Shown here piece after piece: positions 25,300-38,711 of a stretch of DNA of 64,000 bases; the stretch's first letter is position 1; every line of letters starts with the position of its first letter. The translations under genes and the position numbers were made by a program. Source of the DNA: Tubulanus polymorphus (taxonomy: Eukaryota > Animalia > Nemertea); assembly GCF_964204645.1 (NCBI RefSeq), contig NC_134027.1, forward strand, positions 11,936,485 to 12,000,484, read 5' to 3'. A model generated the notes under the pieces. It did not search any database. It saw only the letters and a program-made list of their open reading frames with translations, and was not told the DNA's origin.

Positions 25300-25977
25300 T
25301 AATGTGATTTGATATTTATTCGCCATGTTTATATGCGGTATAAATAATATACGATTACAAACAAGGGACATTCATATGTCACATGCATCCATGATGCTTG
25401 GAAGCCATGATACTTGGAAGCTGTGTCCCATACGGCTCCAAGCACCAAGGAAAAAACCATCGAAAAGTGATGCGGACGAAATTCGAGTGCGAGATTGGAG
25501 GGGAGTAGTCTGTCTATTTAAGATACGTCGATATGGTTCATTGATTTGTGGTTTAAATGACATAAGACCAGAATTTGGAGTCAATAGTCATAAAAAGTGA
25601 TTTTTAAAAATCTATTGGCTACATGTGTTAAGAGGTTGAACTGTTGGAGCATTTTTGATCGAGTAATTTTGAGTTTGCAAGATAATTGTTATTTTTCCAA
25701 GAAAAAATCTATTATATAAACTTGATGAATGGGAAGCAACAAGAATTGGTCGAGGAAGGCTAGCTCTAATATATCTATCGCCAGATTTACCAGATTCAAG
25801 TTTGATTCAAGTACTGTGCACAAGGTTCCAGCGCCTTGACTTTACGTACAGCCTATTGGCTTGCACTGGATGCCTGGACCTCTTTACCATTCTATGTTTA
25901 ATTCTTGCGGTCTTGAAACATCTAACTTAATGTGTGTACTCATGCCGATGTAAAGGAGTTGTGGAGGTAGCCATTAC

Positions 25978-26154
25978 CTGTAGTCTTTCCGAGATGCCAT
26001 TTACAGATGAACCCTTGACGAGTCATCGGCTTCGGTATCCAGCTATATTGGTTAACAATTCCACAACTTGTAAGTTCATCGTCTGAACACGGGATGAATT
26101 CACAATCAACGAACCACAAAACATCCCGCGTTTCCTGATATTGTGATCGGCGCT
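25978..26154 (-). CDS. WD40/SOCS-box gene B, exon 2
   Basis: Acceptor GATTTCAG|AG and donor ACAG|GTAAT, phases 1/1; peptide VDCEFIPCSDDEL...ICKWHLG. Confidence 0.82.
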
Positions 26155-26167
26155 CTGAAATCAATTC

Positions 26168-26580
26168 TATGGTGGCTGATTCGGGCCACGTAAAAAAAAT
26201 CACAAATGGTGCAAATTTTGAAAGTCGCTTTATCGCGCAATAAAACGAAAATTACTACGTTAAAACGAGAAATTACCGCGTTAAAACGAGAAAAAGTCGT
26301 TTTATTGCGCAATAAAACGAGATAAAGTCGTTTTATCGCGCGATAAAACGAACTTTATCGTTTTATTGCCACGTTAAAATGAAAAATAGCGCGATAAAAC
26401 AAGAAAAAGTCGTTTTATTGCGCAATAAAACGACTTTCTCTTGTTTTATCGCGGTAATTTCTCGTTTTAACGTGGTAATTTTCGTTTTATTGCGCGATAA
26501 AACGACTTTAAGGCGTCTGCAAAAAAAAAATTTGTAACGTTTGTGAATTTTTTATTACATGGCCCGAATCAGCCACCATA
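26168..26580. mobile_element. Palindromic MITE, 413 bp, 6-bp TSD (IS3EU-like)
   Basis: Perfect 21-bp TIR TATGGTGGCTGATTCGGGCCA; CAATTC is duplicated at 26162-26167 and 26581-26586; internal AAAACGA/TCGTTTT repeats. Confidence 0.88.
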
Positions 26581-26615
26581 CAATTCAACTTAAACATCAC
26601 TATTAAAACGTTTTA

Positions 26616-27145
26616 CAGTAGACTCCGCCTTAACCGGTCAGTTGAGACCCATATTTATCTACCGCATTATGCGACTACCGGTTTGAAGAATACGCGAATA
26701 TCAATGGATAAAAACAGGGAATTTGAGCCTAACGACGATCTAAATGGCATTACTAATTTCTATACGATCAGACCGTAGCCAATCGCCGATGTTTTGCTTC
26801 TTTATATTATATATACCAGACACAAGACTTTCAATTTTCTTAAATTCTGCGGCACTTTCTTCCGATTCGGTTCATTCATGATGTACTTGCGTTATGAAAA
26901 CTACATGTGACCAATTTAGGTCGTGAGTGTACGGTATAATAGTGTACTAACATAAGACCTAATGTGAATCACCAACAGAGATAGGCGAAAAGCCGTTACG
27001 GTCTATCGGTTAGGCGTGAAGCCAAAATATTTACCGGATAAAGCGGATTACCGAATAAAGCGATATCGGACGAAGCGATATATTTCCGAAGTGAATGGAT
27101 TACTGGATAGACTGGTCGGTACCTGTTGATAGGCAGAGTCTACTG
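26616..27145. mobile_element. Tc1/mariner-pogo-type MITE
   Basis: TA|CAGTAGACTCCGCCT ... AGGCAGAGTCTACTG|CA; same TIR family as 25118-25299. Confidence 0.7.
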
Positions 27146-27195
27146 CATATCGACATGAATGCTAAGTGAGGCCAGAGTCGAGTTGTTACCAGTAC

Positions 27196-27361
27196 CTTTT
27201 TTCGGGGGCTTCGGTCTGAATTTGGTACAAATCGTTCGCGGTTGACTGCGCAATTTCACCGGAAATGGTCGGTATTTTTTATGCGGAATAAAAATATCCG
27301 ATTCAGATTGCTCGAATGGGAGTCCTAGGCCTACCGGTATCTTCGATTTTTTGACACCCAT
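27196..27361 (-). CDS. WD40/SOCS-box gene B, exon 1
   Basis: MGVKKSK...DIFIPHKKYRPFP...KFRPKPPKK; donor AAAG|GTAC, phase 1. Confidence 0.82.
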
Positions 27362-27868
27362 GATTTGTGAATCTTAAAAAAAACGTTCTTCTTAAGCGCT
27401 TTTAGTGATGGATTTGTTTTGGAATCTGGAACGGCAAACCGACGTCACTCTTCTCTCGGTGGTTTTCTCGCAGCATTTTTCCATTTCGGGAATAATCACC
27501 GAGCACTTCTCTTGTGTTCTGAAAGACGAACAAGAACAATTTTGTGAAAGATATCTTTATATGACTTTCCATCGAACTTTTGACACTCATCCACACAGTT
27601 TTGCATTTTTCTCGAGTTTATTTCTTCAACAATATCTAACACTGGGAGGGACCCCACTAGATGCTATCGACATTGGCTGCTTTCCGTTTTTTCTTCTGGA
27701 TCTCGGCCTTCCAATTTTTCTTGAATATTATCTGTAGGCAATTTCCCAACACTTCACTCCGACATTCCTTAATAGCCAAGCAGCCCTTTTAACGCACAAC
27801 AGTGAAATAAACAATCGACCCTGCAGTGACCATCGTTTTCATAGGTGGCCAAAAACAGAAAAATGTTT

Positions 27869-27958
27869 TCCCTCGAGCCGGACTTGAACCAGCGACCTAA
27901 GGATGACAGCAAACGTTGCCTCTACAGTCCTCCGCTCTACCAGCTGAGCTATCGAGGG
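27869..27958 (-). tRNA. tRNA-Tyr(GTA) with 17-nt intron (27905-27921)
   Basis: CCCTCGATAGCTCAGCTGGTAGAGCGGAGGACTGTAG-[intron]-ATCCTTAGGTCGCTGGTTCAAGTCCGGCTCGAGGGA; TTTTT terminator just downstream. Confidence 0.97.
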
Positions 27959-28384
27959 AATATAATTTCTCGACTGTGCAAAGAAAAATCTACTTCGTTC
28001 ATTCATGTCCAACACGAGTAATGTGGGCATTAGTTACAGCTGTGTGAAACCTTACCCTTTTGAATCGTGAACAAATGACGAAATGGTAAAAACCGCCGAA
28101 TGCTCAGCTTGGCTAAAAACTATTCAGCCTTAAGAAAGGTTGTTAAGAAAGGATAAACTGTTTGAATGAGTGGAGCAGTTCATCGTCTATATTGACTGGA
28201 ATCCAGGTCACAGGTCAGCGGGATCAAGTTTGTCAGTCAATCTTGACTCTGGTCAAATCTTAATACACAACAGTGGAACAGGATCCCAAAAACGAACAAT
28301 GAAATGTTATTGTCCATGAAAACGTATCAATCGACTCAGCAGTGATCGCCCTTTTCATAGATAACTAAAAGCGGAAAAATGTTT

Positions 28385-28473
28385 TCCCTCGAGCCGGACT
28401 TGAACCAGCGACCTAAGGATGACAGCTCTATTAACTCTACAGTCCTCCGCTCTACCAGCTGAGCTATCGAGGG
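28385..28473 (-). tRNA. tRNA-Tyr(GTA) with 16-nt intron (28421-28436)
   Basis: Exons identical to copy 1; different intron; T-run downstream. Confidence 0.97.
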
Positions 28474-28898
28474 AACATAACTGCCTGACTGGGTTAAGAA
28501 TAAGTCCTTCACGTTTTTTATGCCCAGTGCCGGTAATGTGGCCATAAGTTACAGCTGTGCGATACCTTCCTACATGTATTTTGAATCGTGGGACAAACGA
28601 CGAAATGGTAAAAAATGCTGACTGCTTGGCTAAAAACTATATTCAGCCATAAGTAAGGATGAATCATTTGATGGAGTGGAGCAGTACAGATCATTCAATT
28701 TGACCGGAATTCATGTCACAGGTCAAGTTCCAATTCGTCAGTCAGCTTCATCTCAGTCAAATTTTAACACACAACAGTGGAACTGGATCCTCAAAACGAA
28801 CAATGAAATACACAATTTCCATTATTGTCCATGAAAACAAATCAATCGACCATGCAATGACCGCCATTTCCGTAGGTGGCCAAAAAGAGAAAGTGTTT

Positions 28899-28988
28899 TC
28901 CCTCGAGCCGGACTTGAACCAGCGACCTAAGGATGACAGCTCACGATGCCTCTACAGTCCTCCGCTCTACCAGCTGAGCTATCGAGGG
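28899..28988 (-). tRNA. tRNA-Tyr(GTA) with 17-nt intron (28935-28951)
   Basis: Exons identical to copies 1 and 2. Confidence 0.97.
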
Positions 28989-29269
28989 AACTTACACATC
29001 TAATCCATGTTTATGAAGAAATTATTCCCAAGTGTAGGTATATAAATGTACCCATTAGCTAAAGCTGTGCGATTTTGCTACGTGAATGGTGGCGAACGGT
29101 TGCAATTGAGTTCGAATTTGAAATCAATTACGCTATATTTCAGGAGACCCTATCTGGAAGTTGAATGTTTGTTTGGTTAGAGAAGAAGACTTTTAGTTAC
29201 AAATGTACGTTACAGCAGTATGTTATCTATCGATGCGTACAACGCAGAATGTGCGAAACTACGTATGTA

Positions 29270-30407
29270 ACTAGGGGTCCAGGGACACCATGCCCACTTG
29301 GGAAGTGGTTCCAAATGCTCAACAATCTAACAATTTCAATATTCAACGCCCCCTGGTGACCATATACAAAAACCAGTGACCTTGAAACACACCACAATCA
29401 TAGAACATGTCAGCAGCTACGGTTTTGTAATTGATTGTGACAACAAAATATGCCTGGTTACCAATTCAATATGGAAATACTAAGTTATTCTACTATTCAA
29501 TGCTCCCTGGTGACCATATTCAAAACCCAATGACCTTGAAACTCACCACGATAATAGAACATGTCACGAACTATAACTTTGTAATTGATCATGGTAACAA
29601 AATATGCCTAGGTACCAATATAATAAGGAAATACTAAGTGATTCTACTATTCAACGCCCCCTGGTGACCATATATAATAACTAATGGCCTCAAAACTTGC
29701 CACATTCATAGATGATGTCATGAGCTACAATTTTCCAATTGATTGTGGTTACAAAATATGCATAGTTACGAATATAATATAGAAATGCTAAGATGTTGCA
29801 TTATTCAACGCCCCTGGTAGCCATATACAACATCCAATGACCTTGAAACTCACCACAATCATAGAACACGTTATGAGCTACAACTTTCTAAATGATTGCG
29901 GTAACAAAATACGCTTAGATATCAATATAATGTGGAAAAACTTGTTCCCACTTACGGATGAGTACTGGTGACACAAAGATGACCGCCAATTGCGTCATAA
30001 TTGGCTGATGAAAAATACCTAATAGGTATAAAACATCCCTTTTCAAAGAATACCCATCACAAGTTGCAATGAGAAATGGTTAACCAGTAGGAAGCTACAG
30101 GACTCAGAATTCGGGCCAAAATTAACATTTTTGGGCACTAAAAAGGTCATAGGACGGCCATCTTGAGTCCGATCGACCCAATTTTTGTTATGCTGATGGG
30201 CCCTGGGGGGCTTCACATATATCCGCTGAAGATGTATCTAGGGTAGATACATGTGTAACCCAAATATCAAGACATTACCTTGAAGCGTCTTCAAAACTTC
30301 CCAAAATGACTGGATTCCGTCTACGGACGGACGGACGAACGGACGGACGACGGACGAAAAGTGAACGCAATAGCCCGCTGGGACTAAAGTCCCAAGTGGG
30401 CTAAAAA
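29270..30407. mobile_element. Helentron-associated non-autonomous element (HINE/DINE-1-like)
   Basis: Begins ACTAGGGGTCCAGGGACACC; about four ~154-bp internal tandem repeats; (GGAC)n microsatellite; terminal hairpin TAGCCCGCTGGGACTAAAGTCCCAAGTGGGCTA; flanked by A-runs with no TSD. Confidence 0.8.
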
Positions 30408-30420
30408 GCAGCCGATATAT

Positions 30421-30949
30421 AGGCGCGTTCACACGACAAAATTTCGACCGGTCTAAATTATCAAAGCGTTCACACGGGCAAAAATACCGTTCCAAATTAG
30501 ACCGGTCCAGTTTAGATGCGACTGTGGGGTCTAATTTGGCACGGTCTAAAAGAGCGAACCAGGTCCGTTCCAAATTTTGGACCGGTCTAAATCTATGTGT
30601 GTTGACAGAAACTGGTAGCAGGTCAAGTCTAAATCGTAATTCTGAATATATGCTGTAGACCTTTGCGGTAGAGTGTGAGTCCAGTTTATTAAGTTTTAAA
30701 TGCCTGTATTACCGTTTATGTAATCATTTATAAGTACTGTTTTCCTCCCTATTCTATGGAAATGTTTGGAGCGAAGTCTTTCTGGCAGAAAGACTTCGTC
30801 CACTTAATCATTTAGCAGTTGGCGACATCTTGTAGGCCCGGTGACAAGAGATTTTATCAACGCGTGTCAAAACGCCGTGTGAACGCTCACCAAAATTTGG
30901 GTACGGACCCATTTAGACCGGTCTAACTAGTTGTCGTGTGAACGCAGCT
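30421..30949. mobile_element. PIF/Harbinger-like MITE
   Basis: TIRs GCGTTCACACGACAA / TTGTCGTGTGAACGC; internal TAGACCGGTCTA palindromes; TSD imperfect. Confidence 0.7.
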
Positions 30950-33900
30950 AATGAACATTAAGCTCACACATTTGGAAGCAAAATGAAGTTTCAAAAGTGT
31001 AAACCCAGCATTGATCCACTGTGATTTTGTTCACGACATTAACTACAATGGAAGCGGACATTTCACCTTCCGTTTACTTTCCGGTGCGTTGATGTTTTCG
31101 CCCTGATAAAACTCTTTCAACAGTTTTACAGCGTCCTCGCCTTCGACGTCTGCCATACAGCGAAACTCGCTGCCTTACGAATCGATCTTGTCGCTGTGAA
31201 TGTTCAAAACTGAACTGTAACCGCCGAAACGTTGATAAGCTCAGCCGTATAAACTACGAGTGGAATGTGCCATATACGAATACGTCCCGCACACATTATG
31301 CAAGGTTCTACGGTAATGTATGTATAAAGTCGAATTCTAGAAAATGCCAAATCGCTAAATCGCCAGCCATGAGATCGGCATGTCTGGTACGTTTTTTTTG
31401 GTCTCGTTGACGTGGTTGCTTCTTGTTCCGATTTCACGATCGTTATAGACTATATAATACACCCGACGGGTACTTCACCCCGAGATTGCGCTTCTCTGGC
31501 AACGTCGAGACATCGACTCATCCACTTTGCGGCATTTTAAAAGATACAATTGAAATTTATACGCGTAATCGAAATACATGTGCAGTCAACTCCGTTTACT
31601 CGCCCTAATCAGACAAGGCCAACTCGGAATTATTTTGACAACATTTGAATCCCCTTCTGACTTGGTAACGTATTCTCTTATTCCTTACTCAGATTTTGCT
31701 TACCTGACCAATTTTGCCGGCCCGAGTCAGGCGAGGTTAACGATACGTTGGCCTACATTACGTATCTTCGGGGGGGGGGGTGGATTTTTATACGGATGAA
31801 GTGAGATATTTCTACGAGTAAAATGCCATTAAAGGTCTTATCTGAAAAAATATCTGGACTTGCCAACGTCCACGAAATATGTGATAATGAGAGAAAGTCG
31901 ACTCTACTCGTTACTAACGCGGACTTTCGTTAGTTTCATCGTCTGGCAGTTTCGCTAATTCAAGAGTTCAGTCCGATATGAAGTTTGACATGAACAGGCA
32001 ACGTGTAATCGAAATACCGAAATACGCGCAATCGAAATACATGTACTCGCAAACAATTAGAACTTTCGTTACATGGTCGGATTTCAGTTTCGTTAATTCA
32101 AGAGAACAGTCCAAGTTTGACACAAACAGGCAACAAAACTGCTTGGTATAATGTAACGACATTTGCGTGCATCGACATTTATCAAGAACCAGAGTTCGAT
32201 CTAACGAATTAAAGTCACTCGCCCGTGGGGCAAGTATATCTGAAATTTCGCTTGCCCCCTCAAATATCAACTTGCCCTATATAGTGCGAAAAAAGCTTTG
32301 AGACAAAATTGCACTAGCCCAGCGGACAAGTGATAATGATAACCTACTTGCCCTGATGTGAGTATACTTGTCCCGGGCAATCGGACAAGTGCTTAGATCA
32401 GGAGCCAATCAATTGAAATTTAGAAAAAGAATTTTCAAACCAATAAATCAGGTGAACCGTAACAATACAAGCGCAGGTTCAACAGAATACAAGCACAGGG
32501 TAATTCAAGGGATTCCTCGTATCAAGTAGGCCTACCTGATTTCCAAAAGGAATGATTTAATCAAAAACATATTTGCCTATTGTCGATTTGTATAAGCCTA
32601 AGCGTAGGAGATTTTGGTTGAAATACTGTACCAAAGTGTAATCGTAAAATAAGAATCAAGTGCCGAATACCTATTCGCAGCCGTTATTTTCAAATCTTAT
32701 AGCAAAACCCGCGAAATCTATACAGTGAGAAATTGAATCTATTTAAATAAAAACAATTTTTACTAACCTGAATTCGTGAATTTCTAGACGATAAATGAAA
32801 TTTCCAAGTTATTTTATGGGCAAAAAACCGTTCTCTCCTCCGATTCGGTAGATGTTTTAGGGAATTTCAATTTGTGCAAGATAAAGGATGACCGGTTCTA
32901 ATAAGGCCTAGAACTTTCGACAATTTATGAAGCGGAAAATATAAAATACGACACTAAAAATCAATAAAGCTGAAGGAGATATTTCTGACATGCAACGTTT
33001 AAGATAATTCGACGTTTTAATAATTCGAAGTGGAAAATTATCCACTTCAAATCATCAGCAATATTTAAATTAGGATTTAAACAATGAAAATGACCTCACA
33101 CGGAATTTTGGGGCTTTGGAGTCTAGGTAGAGTCACGTGAAAGAAATCACGAATCAATTTTTCGTTCGGCAAAAGCAGGGACAGGGTCAAACTTTGACAG
33201 TTTGGTCGGAGTCTACTCATGGTACGGTACATAAGGTATCACATAAAATATCTTTAAAGGTCTTACTTCTGGAGACAATATTGTATTGCACAGGCTTTTT
33301 TCAGACAAGGATCGACACCGCTTTCCTTCGTAGATATTATCGTTCAATCGTGAAATATTCACTGCATAGTGGAGCAATAAATAAATTTAAGTTGATTTGG
33401 AATTTGTTGGATTGAAAATACAACGCTGTAAAACGTATTCTGTATAATTTAAACAAAAAAAGCAAATTGACTATGAAAAATACAGAAGAATTACAATAAA
33501 ATTATATGTTTGTAATAGATATCTCGCTTTGAAAAGTGAAAACCTCGGTTTTCAACCCGGTTTCGACGTTTCTAACGGAAGAGATGAAGAGTACCAAGAC
33601 GTTCCGTACGGTGCTGCTACCTGCTGATTGAAAAGAATTCACGCGTTAGCTGGCTGTCAGGTTCGAATCCATCTAATAGTACATATTCTGACAACAACCG
33701 TTGTCTTGCAATAATGAATTTGTCCAATCAATCCAGTATAAATTTCAAAATTCCCAAATAAAGTTGCTGTGAGGATCCTTTTATATGCTTTCGACTCGTT
33801 AATTGTTTTCCCGGAGATGTCTGAATTTGAGCAGTCAATCCGAATTGGACCCACTCTTCCTATAACAGGAAAATCACATACTGGTTTAACGGTGAGAAAT

Positions 33901-36900
33901 CATAACACGCCCGAGGGCCAAGGCCGGACGGTTGGGCGAATAATTCCTCGTGTTTGTGGTACCGGTACCAACGAACTTCAATTTACACAGCTCTTAAATA
34001 TAATTCTACTCATTCCCACTAGGCCCATTCCTCCAGGGGTGGATCTAGGGGGGAGGGGGTGAATAGGGTGGCTAGCCACCCCCTCAAATGCCTTCCAAAC
34101 CATTTTTATAAGGGGCTTTTTCGTGTAAATAGCCTATCTCTAAGAAGATGTAATAAGAATGTTAGCTGCCTCAGAATCAGAACTAACGGTAGCGTTGTGA
34201 CTTTGTTTTATATACCTATTGTATGACGCGGTATGCTACGAGCAATCATCGAGCAATCATCGAGATGATTGCTCGTAGATATAAGTTAGTGTATCCATTC
34301 CGCTAGGCCGTATCCGATAAACGGTCATTTTCCCAATCAAAACTATTTGACTTTTTCCCAATCTGTGTCAAAAAATTTCCAAAACCAGTACCATGACAAA
34401 TTGTAAATTATGATGTCAAAATATGTCCTGCATATGAAAAATGACCTGCTAAGCTTCCCCCAATCATCTCATTAAACCTCATCCTGGCCACGGCTCAGCA
34501 GGATGTCATAATTTTCACTGAAACCATCGTTCAAATGATGTCAAATTGCACCATTTTCCGAGGATTTTTCTAAATTTTCTAAATGTCGAGGGGGACACCC
34601 CCTCGAGCTCCCCCGTCCCCCGTCTCGCGACCTTCGGTCGCTCGGACTTCGCCGAAGACTTCTCCGACTTAGCGAAAATTCGGTTAGGAGTAATCTAGAA
34701 TGACCAAATTTGATTCATCGAAAATGGGTAAGCTTCTAACTTTTCATGAATGATTTTTCTTGTCACAGGGTCATTCTTCGCGAGTAGCTGCTTTTCTAAG
34801 CAAATACTAATAAACAATTTTCAATAATATCCTTCAAAAAAATTAATGCATGAACGTTTATGGCCAGGACCTTATTCATCTATGTTCAGCAGTGACCAAG
34901 ACATAGCAAGATGGCCGCTATGACGTCATGAAACTATGACGTCACAGGGAAAAAATCCCGACGTCACGTCAAAAATTGTTGAAAAAATCCCGACGTCACG
35001 CATGGAGTGTGAAAGAGAAACAAATTTTCAAAATGGTCAATAAGCTTATAGTTCGTGGTACATGTAAATTTCCTTACGTGGACTACTTGAATTATGGTAT
35101 ATATTTAGCATTTAACTACTTTCAAGTTTGTGTAAAAGAATTGTATGCAAAATCATAAGATGTGAAGGTTTTTTATAAGAAGATATACAAATATTAAGTT
35201 TAGAGAATATATTTCTGTCGAGAGAAGGTTTATGTACATTTAAAAGGAATGTATTACTCATTTCAACTACTTATCATTATAAGGGATCAAATTTTTAGTT
35301 TTCAGCTCCGTGATGGAGATAAATTTTTGTGATGGAGATGAATGTTCACCAATGGAATCGCGAAGGCCGAGATGATTTTATTTCAAATACCATTTGAGGG
35401 TTCAAAAGAGAATGATATGAATGTTTTTAGAAGATTTTACTAAAAGGGGATTACTTAAGATAAATACGTTGACAGAGCCCATCACATGATCAGATTTGTG
35501 AATATTAGATACAAATATATCATGATTTAGTTAATCTCCGTCACGAAACCGGAATGCCAAAGTGTGACGGAGATGAACGTGACGGAGATAAATAACTAGA
35601 TGTGCATGAGGGGTTACATCTTTTATTGAGCAAAGCGCGGTAATGTCCTCAATCAATATTGGGGACGCTCCCCCAAACAAATTAAAATGGACTCATCCTA
35701 AGAATAGAAGTTATTTCTACTCACTCATACTATATATGCAATACATCAGATGGGCACAAATTTTGCATCTAATCACAGGTGTAATATTATGAGAATGAAA
35801 TATGGACTGTCTATCGGGGACGTGACGATATCGCGTAGGCCTGCAGTAATTTCCAATGGATTAAAAATCACCATTAGATGCAAAAAATTTCTCGATATTC
35901 TATTCAAACAATTAGTTTATTGCTGAAGAATGACCCCAAAATGTCATATTTTGTGGGTGCAGAGAAGGATTCGATGCCCTAAAGTGACTCAGATTATGCA
36001 TCTCGGAGCCCCCAAAAATTCAAAATGTGATAGGACATGTTCCCTTCCACAGCTGATCAGTACTCAAAATACTATGCTAGAGATCTCCGCCCCTTTTCGG
36101 TGCCGGCATTCATTTTTCACCCTTAAACTCCTTACTTGTTCGACTTATTAACTAAACGTTGATACCGCTGACCTGCAGTTCCAATCGTACTAACGACAGT
36201 CCTTATTTGCTATCCAATTACCGAAAATCCTATCAATCGTACAGCCCCATGATCGTTGATGTCCCATCCGTTTTCATCTGCAAACCGAATAGAATCGGCC
36301 ACGGCCAATTTCAATATAACTTTAATGTGGCAACGGCGTGAACTAACTGGTGCCTGGTCAGGGAATGCACACATTTATACCAAACCAGACTGATAAGAAT
36401 TATGGAGGCGTAAACCCTGACCAACACCAGATCGCCCTAAAGACTACATAATACAAATACAAAATCTTTACAAAAATATTCATACTATTAAAACTATTCA
36501 TTGACTCTGAAAACCTCTGAAGAATTTTTATGGTGGAATTTCTTCGAATTCTTTCTTATCACAAATAAATTTTGGTTATAATCTTTTAAAATACTTACTA
36601 CTTACTAATTGCTTATAATGTCCTCTGGACCTTAGCATGTAATTATTTTGTATACTATTGACAGTTTAATAAGATGTATTTGTACTTAAAAAAAAAATAA
36701 ATTTTGGTTAGGAGGTCCGGTAACACCTAAAGAAGTTCCCTCCGTTGTATTGTTAAGTGTTGCGAACATGGACAGTGATAATGAGAAAGAATCTCGGAAT
36801 TCCACCATAAAAATTATGGTATTGTTAGGTCAATGGCATTGCTTAGTTTCTCGCCATTAACTACGTAGGTTACTTCGTATCACTGTTTTGGTTTTACAGT

Positions 36901-38711
36901 TTATTCATAACAGTCGATCAAGAAATAAGATAACCAGAATCACTGTGGATTATTTAAACTGTACGTAAAGAACCACATATTCAGAGATGTGAATATCCTG
37001 GTGTTTTTTAAAAACTTTCTGGTGTTCGGTAAAGATAGATGCCGTCTATCATAAATACTTTGCAGTTGAAGGCACATTGACGACGATGGTTTGCTTTGCA
37101 CTAACGGTTGCCTAGATGACGCTTCGGTTAACAATCTGCAAAGCGTCGAATTCTCTTACCCCAATATCATTTCTTGGTTGATTTGGTTATCAAGCGTTCG
37201 GACATTCAATGATTTTTCATCTGGGTGTGAGTGCCTCATGTGGTAAATACTTTTCTGTGAGCTTACTCATAGAAAGCTATTGCGGGAATTCAGTAACCGA
37301 ACCACTTTTACGAACTGTACATTCAATGTTTACATATACATATTTTGTTACGGACCCGTCTTAAAACTCATCATTGTTTTAAACAGCAATAAGTAGGAAG
37401 GTTTGACGAAGAACACCAAACTCAATTTCACATGTTTGGTCTACAGCTTTAATGTCAAATGCAGCTGCATAGGCAAAATGGGATGTCCACCAGAACACAG
37501 GAAAAAGTGAAGTGATCTATGTTTGCAGGATCCGCTAACGACTATTTTCTACGAAGGACTTTCCTTTATAAACAATCCTCGCAAAAACTCATGCTCTGTG
37601 AATGATATAGCGTATTTACATTCGGACAACCAACTCAGAATCTGACAAAGTTAGGTTTAGATTCTGTAACAAGATGCGCTTTTTCAATAGTATCGAGTTT
37701 GCATAGTCACCAGGTCTGGCCTTACACGGTCATTCATGCCGAACGTACCCTAGGAGCTCAATCCTTCTGATGAAAATTCCAGGTCATCAAAAATCAAATA
37801 GAACACTAGATCACGTACCGATCATCTTACAGACGATTACGACGATATGACGCACAGAGACTGATTCATGCCGATAGAGAGGTCAATTAATTTGACCCTC
37901 AGTAACAATGAAAGTAAGCATAACTTTTGTTAAAATAGATTTCATTTTTCAGGTTTAAAATCACATTTCCACTGTATATGAGATTTTGAATAATAATGGT
38001 TGAGTGAGACTGGCGGGACAGAGAAATGGTAGCGAAAATCAAAATGGCAAAAAGCTTGTCGGTCCCTACGGCACTGATGTATTTAGGGTCTTATGATGTG
38101 AAATGGAGCACAATGCGCTATATGAACCTCTTAAGGAGCGGATCCAAGGTCAATTTTTGAGGGTCTTGTGAGATATGAAAATGAGTAAAACAAACTCCCA
38201 AAAACTTGATAGGCCTAGATGATATTTCTCTAAGTGGCCAAATATCATGAAACGATCCAAATAACCAAGACAATCTCATAAAACAATATTGTCAATTTTT
38301 TTATTGTCAAGTTATATGCAAGGTGCCTTTTCATTTCTTTCTTAATAAGTTGCATTACTTGGAATTCGGTCTCGTATGACGGACGCGATAGCGCTGAAGC
38401 TTCCAAGCGAAACAGGAATTTTCGAACGAAAAGGGCTATTCAAAACTTGAGGGTCTTGGTCCCCAGAAAGCGCACCTGTTCTTTCCAAAAAGTGGTTTTA
38501 GGTTTATTTTTTGTGCCGTGTATGAGTTAAAAAAAATGTTATCGAAGCGTTTAAGGAGTGCTAGGTGATGAGTTCACGTGCACTACGTCGTAGTTTCGAA
38601 ACGAATATATTCCAACAGCCCTGATTGGATAATGGCTAGACACGTGGACATATGTCGAACGCTTTTCATTCTGTTCTGTAGCCGTTATATTTTCGTCGTT
38701 AGCTATATAGC

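Noticed and set aside
27860-29000. CRISPR-like regularly spaced repeats; also ORFs 27839-28030, 28336-28545 and 28713-29003
   Set aside because: The repeats are tRNA-Tyr genes in a eukaryotic context; the ORFs are translations of them.
31060-31160. Possible coding exon on the minus strand (MADVEGEDAVKLLKEFIRAK...)
   Set aside because: Short, with no partner exons or recognisable motif.
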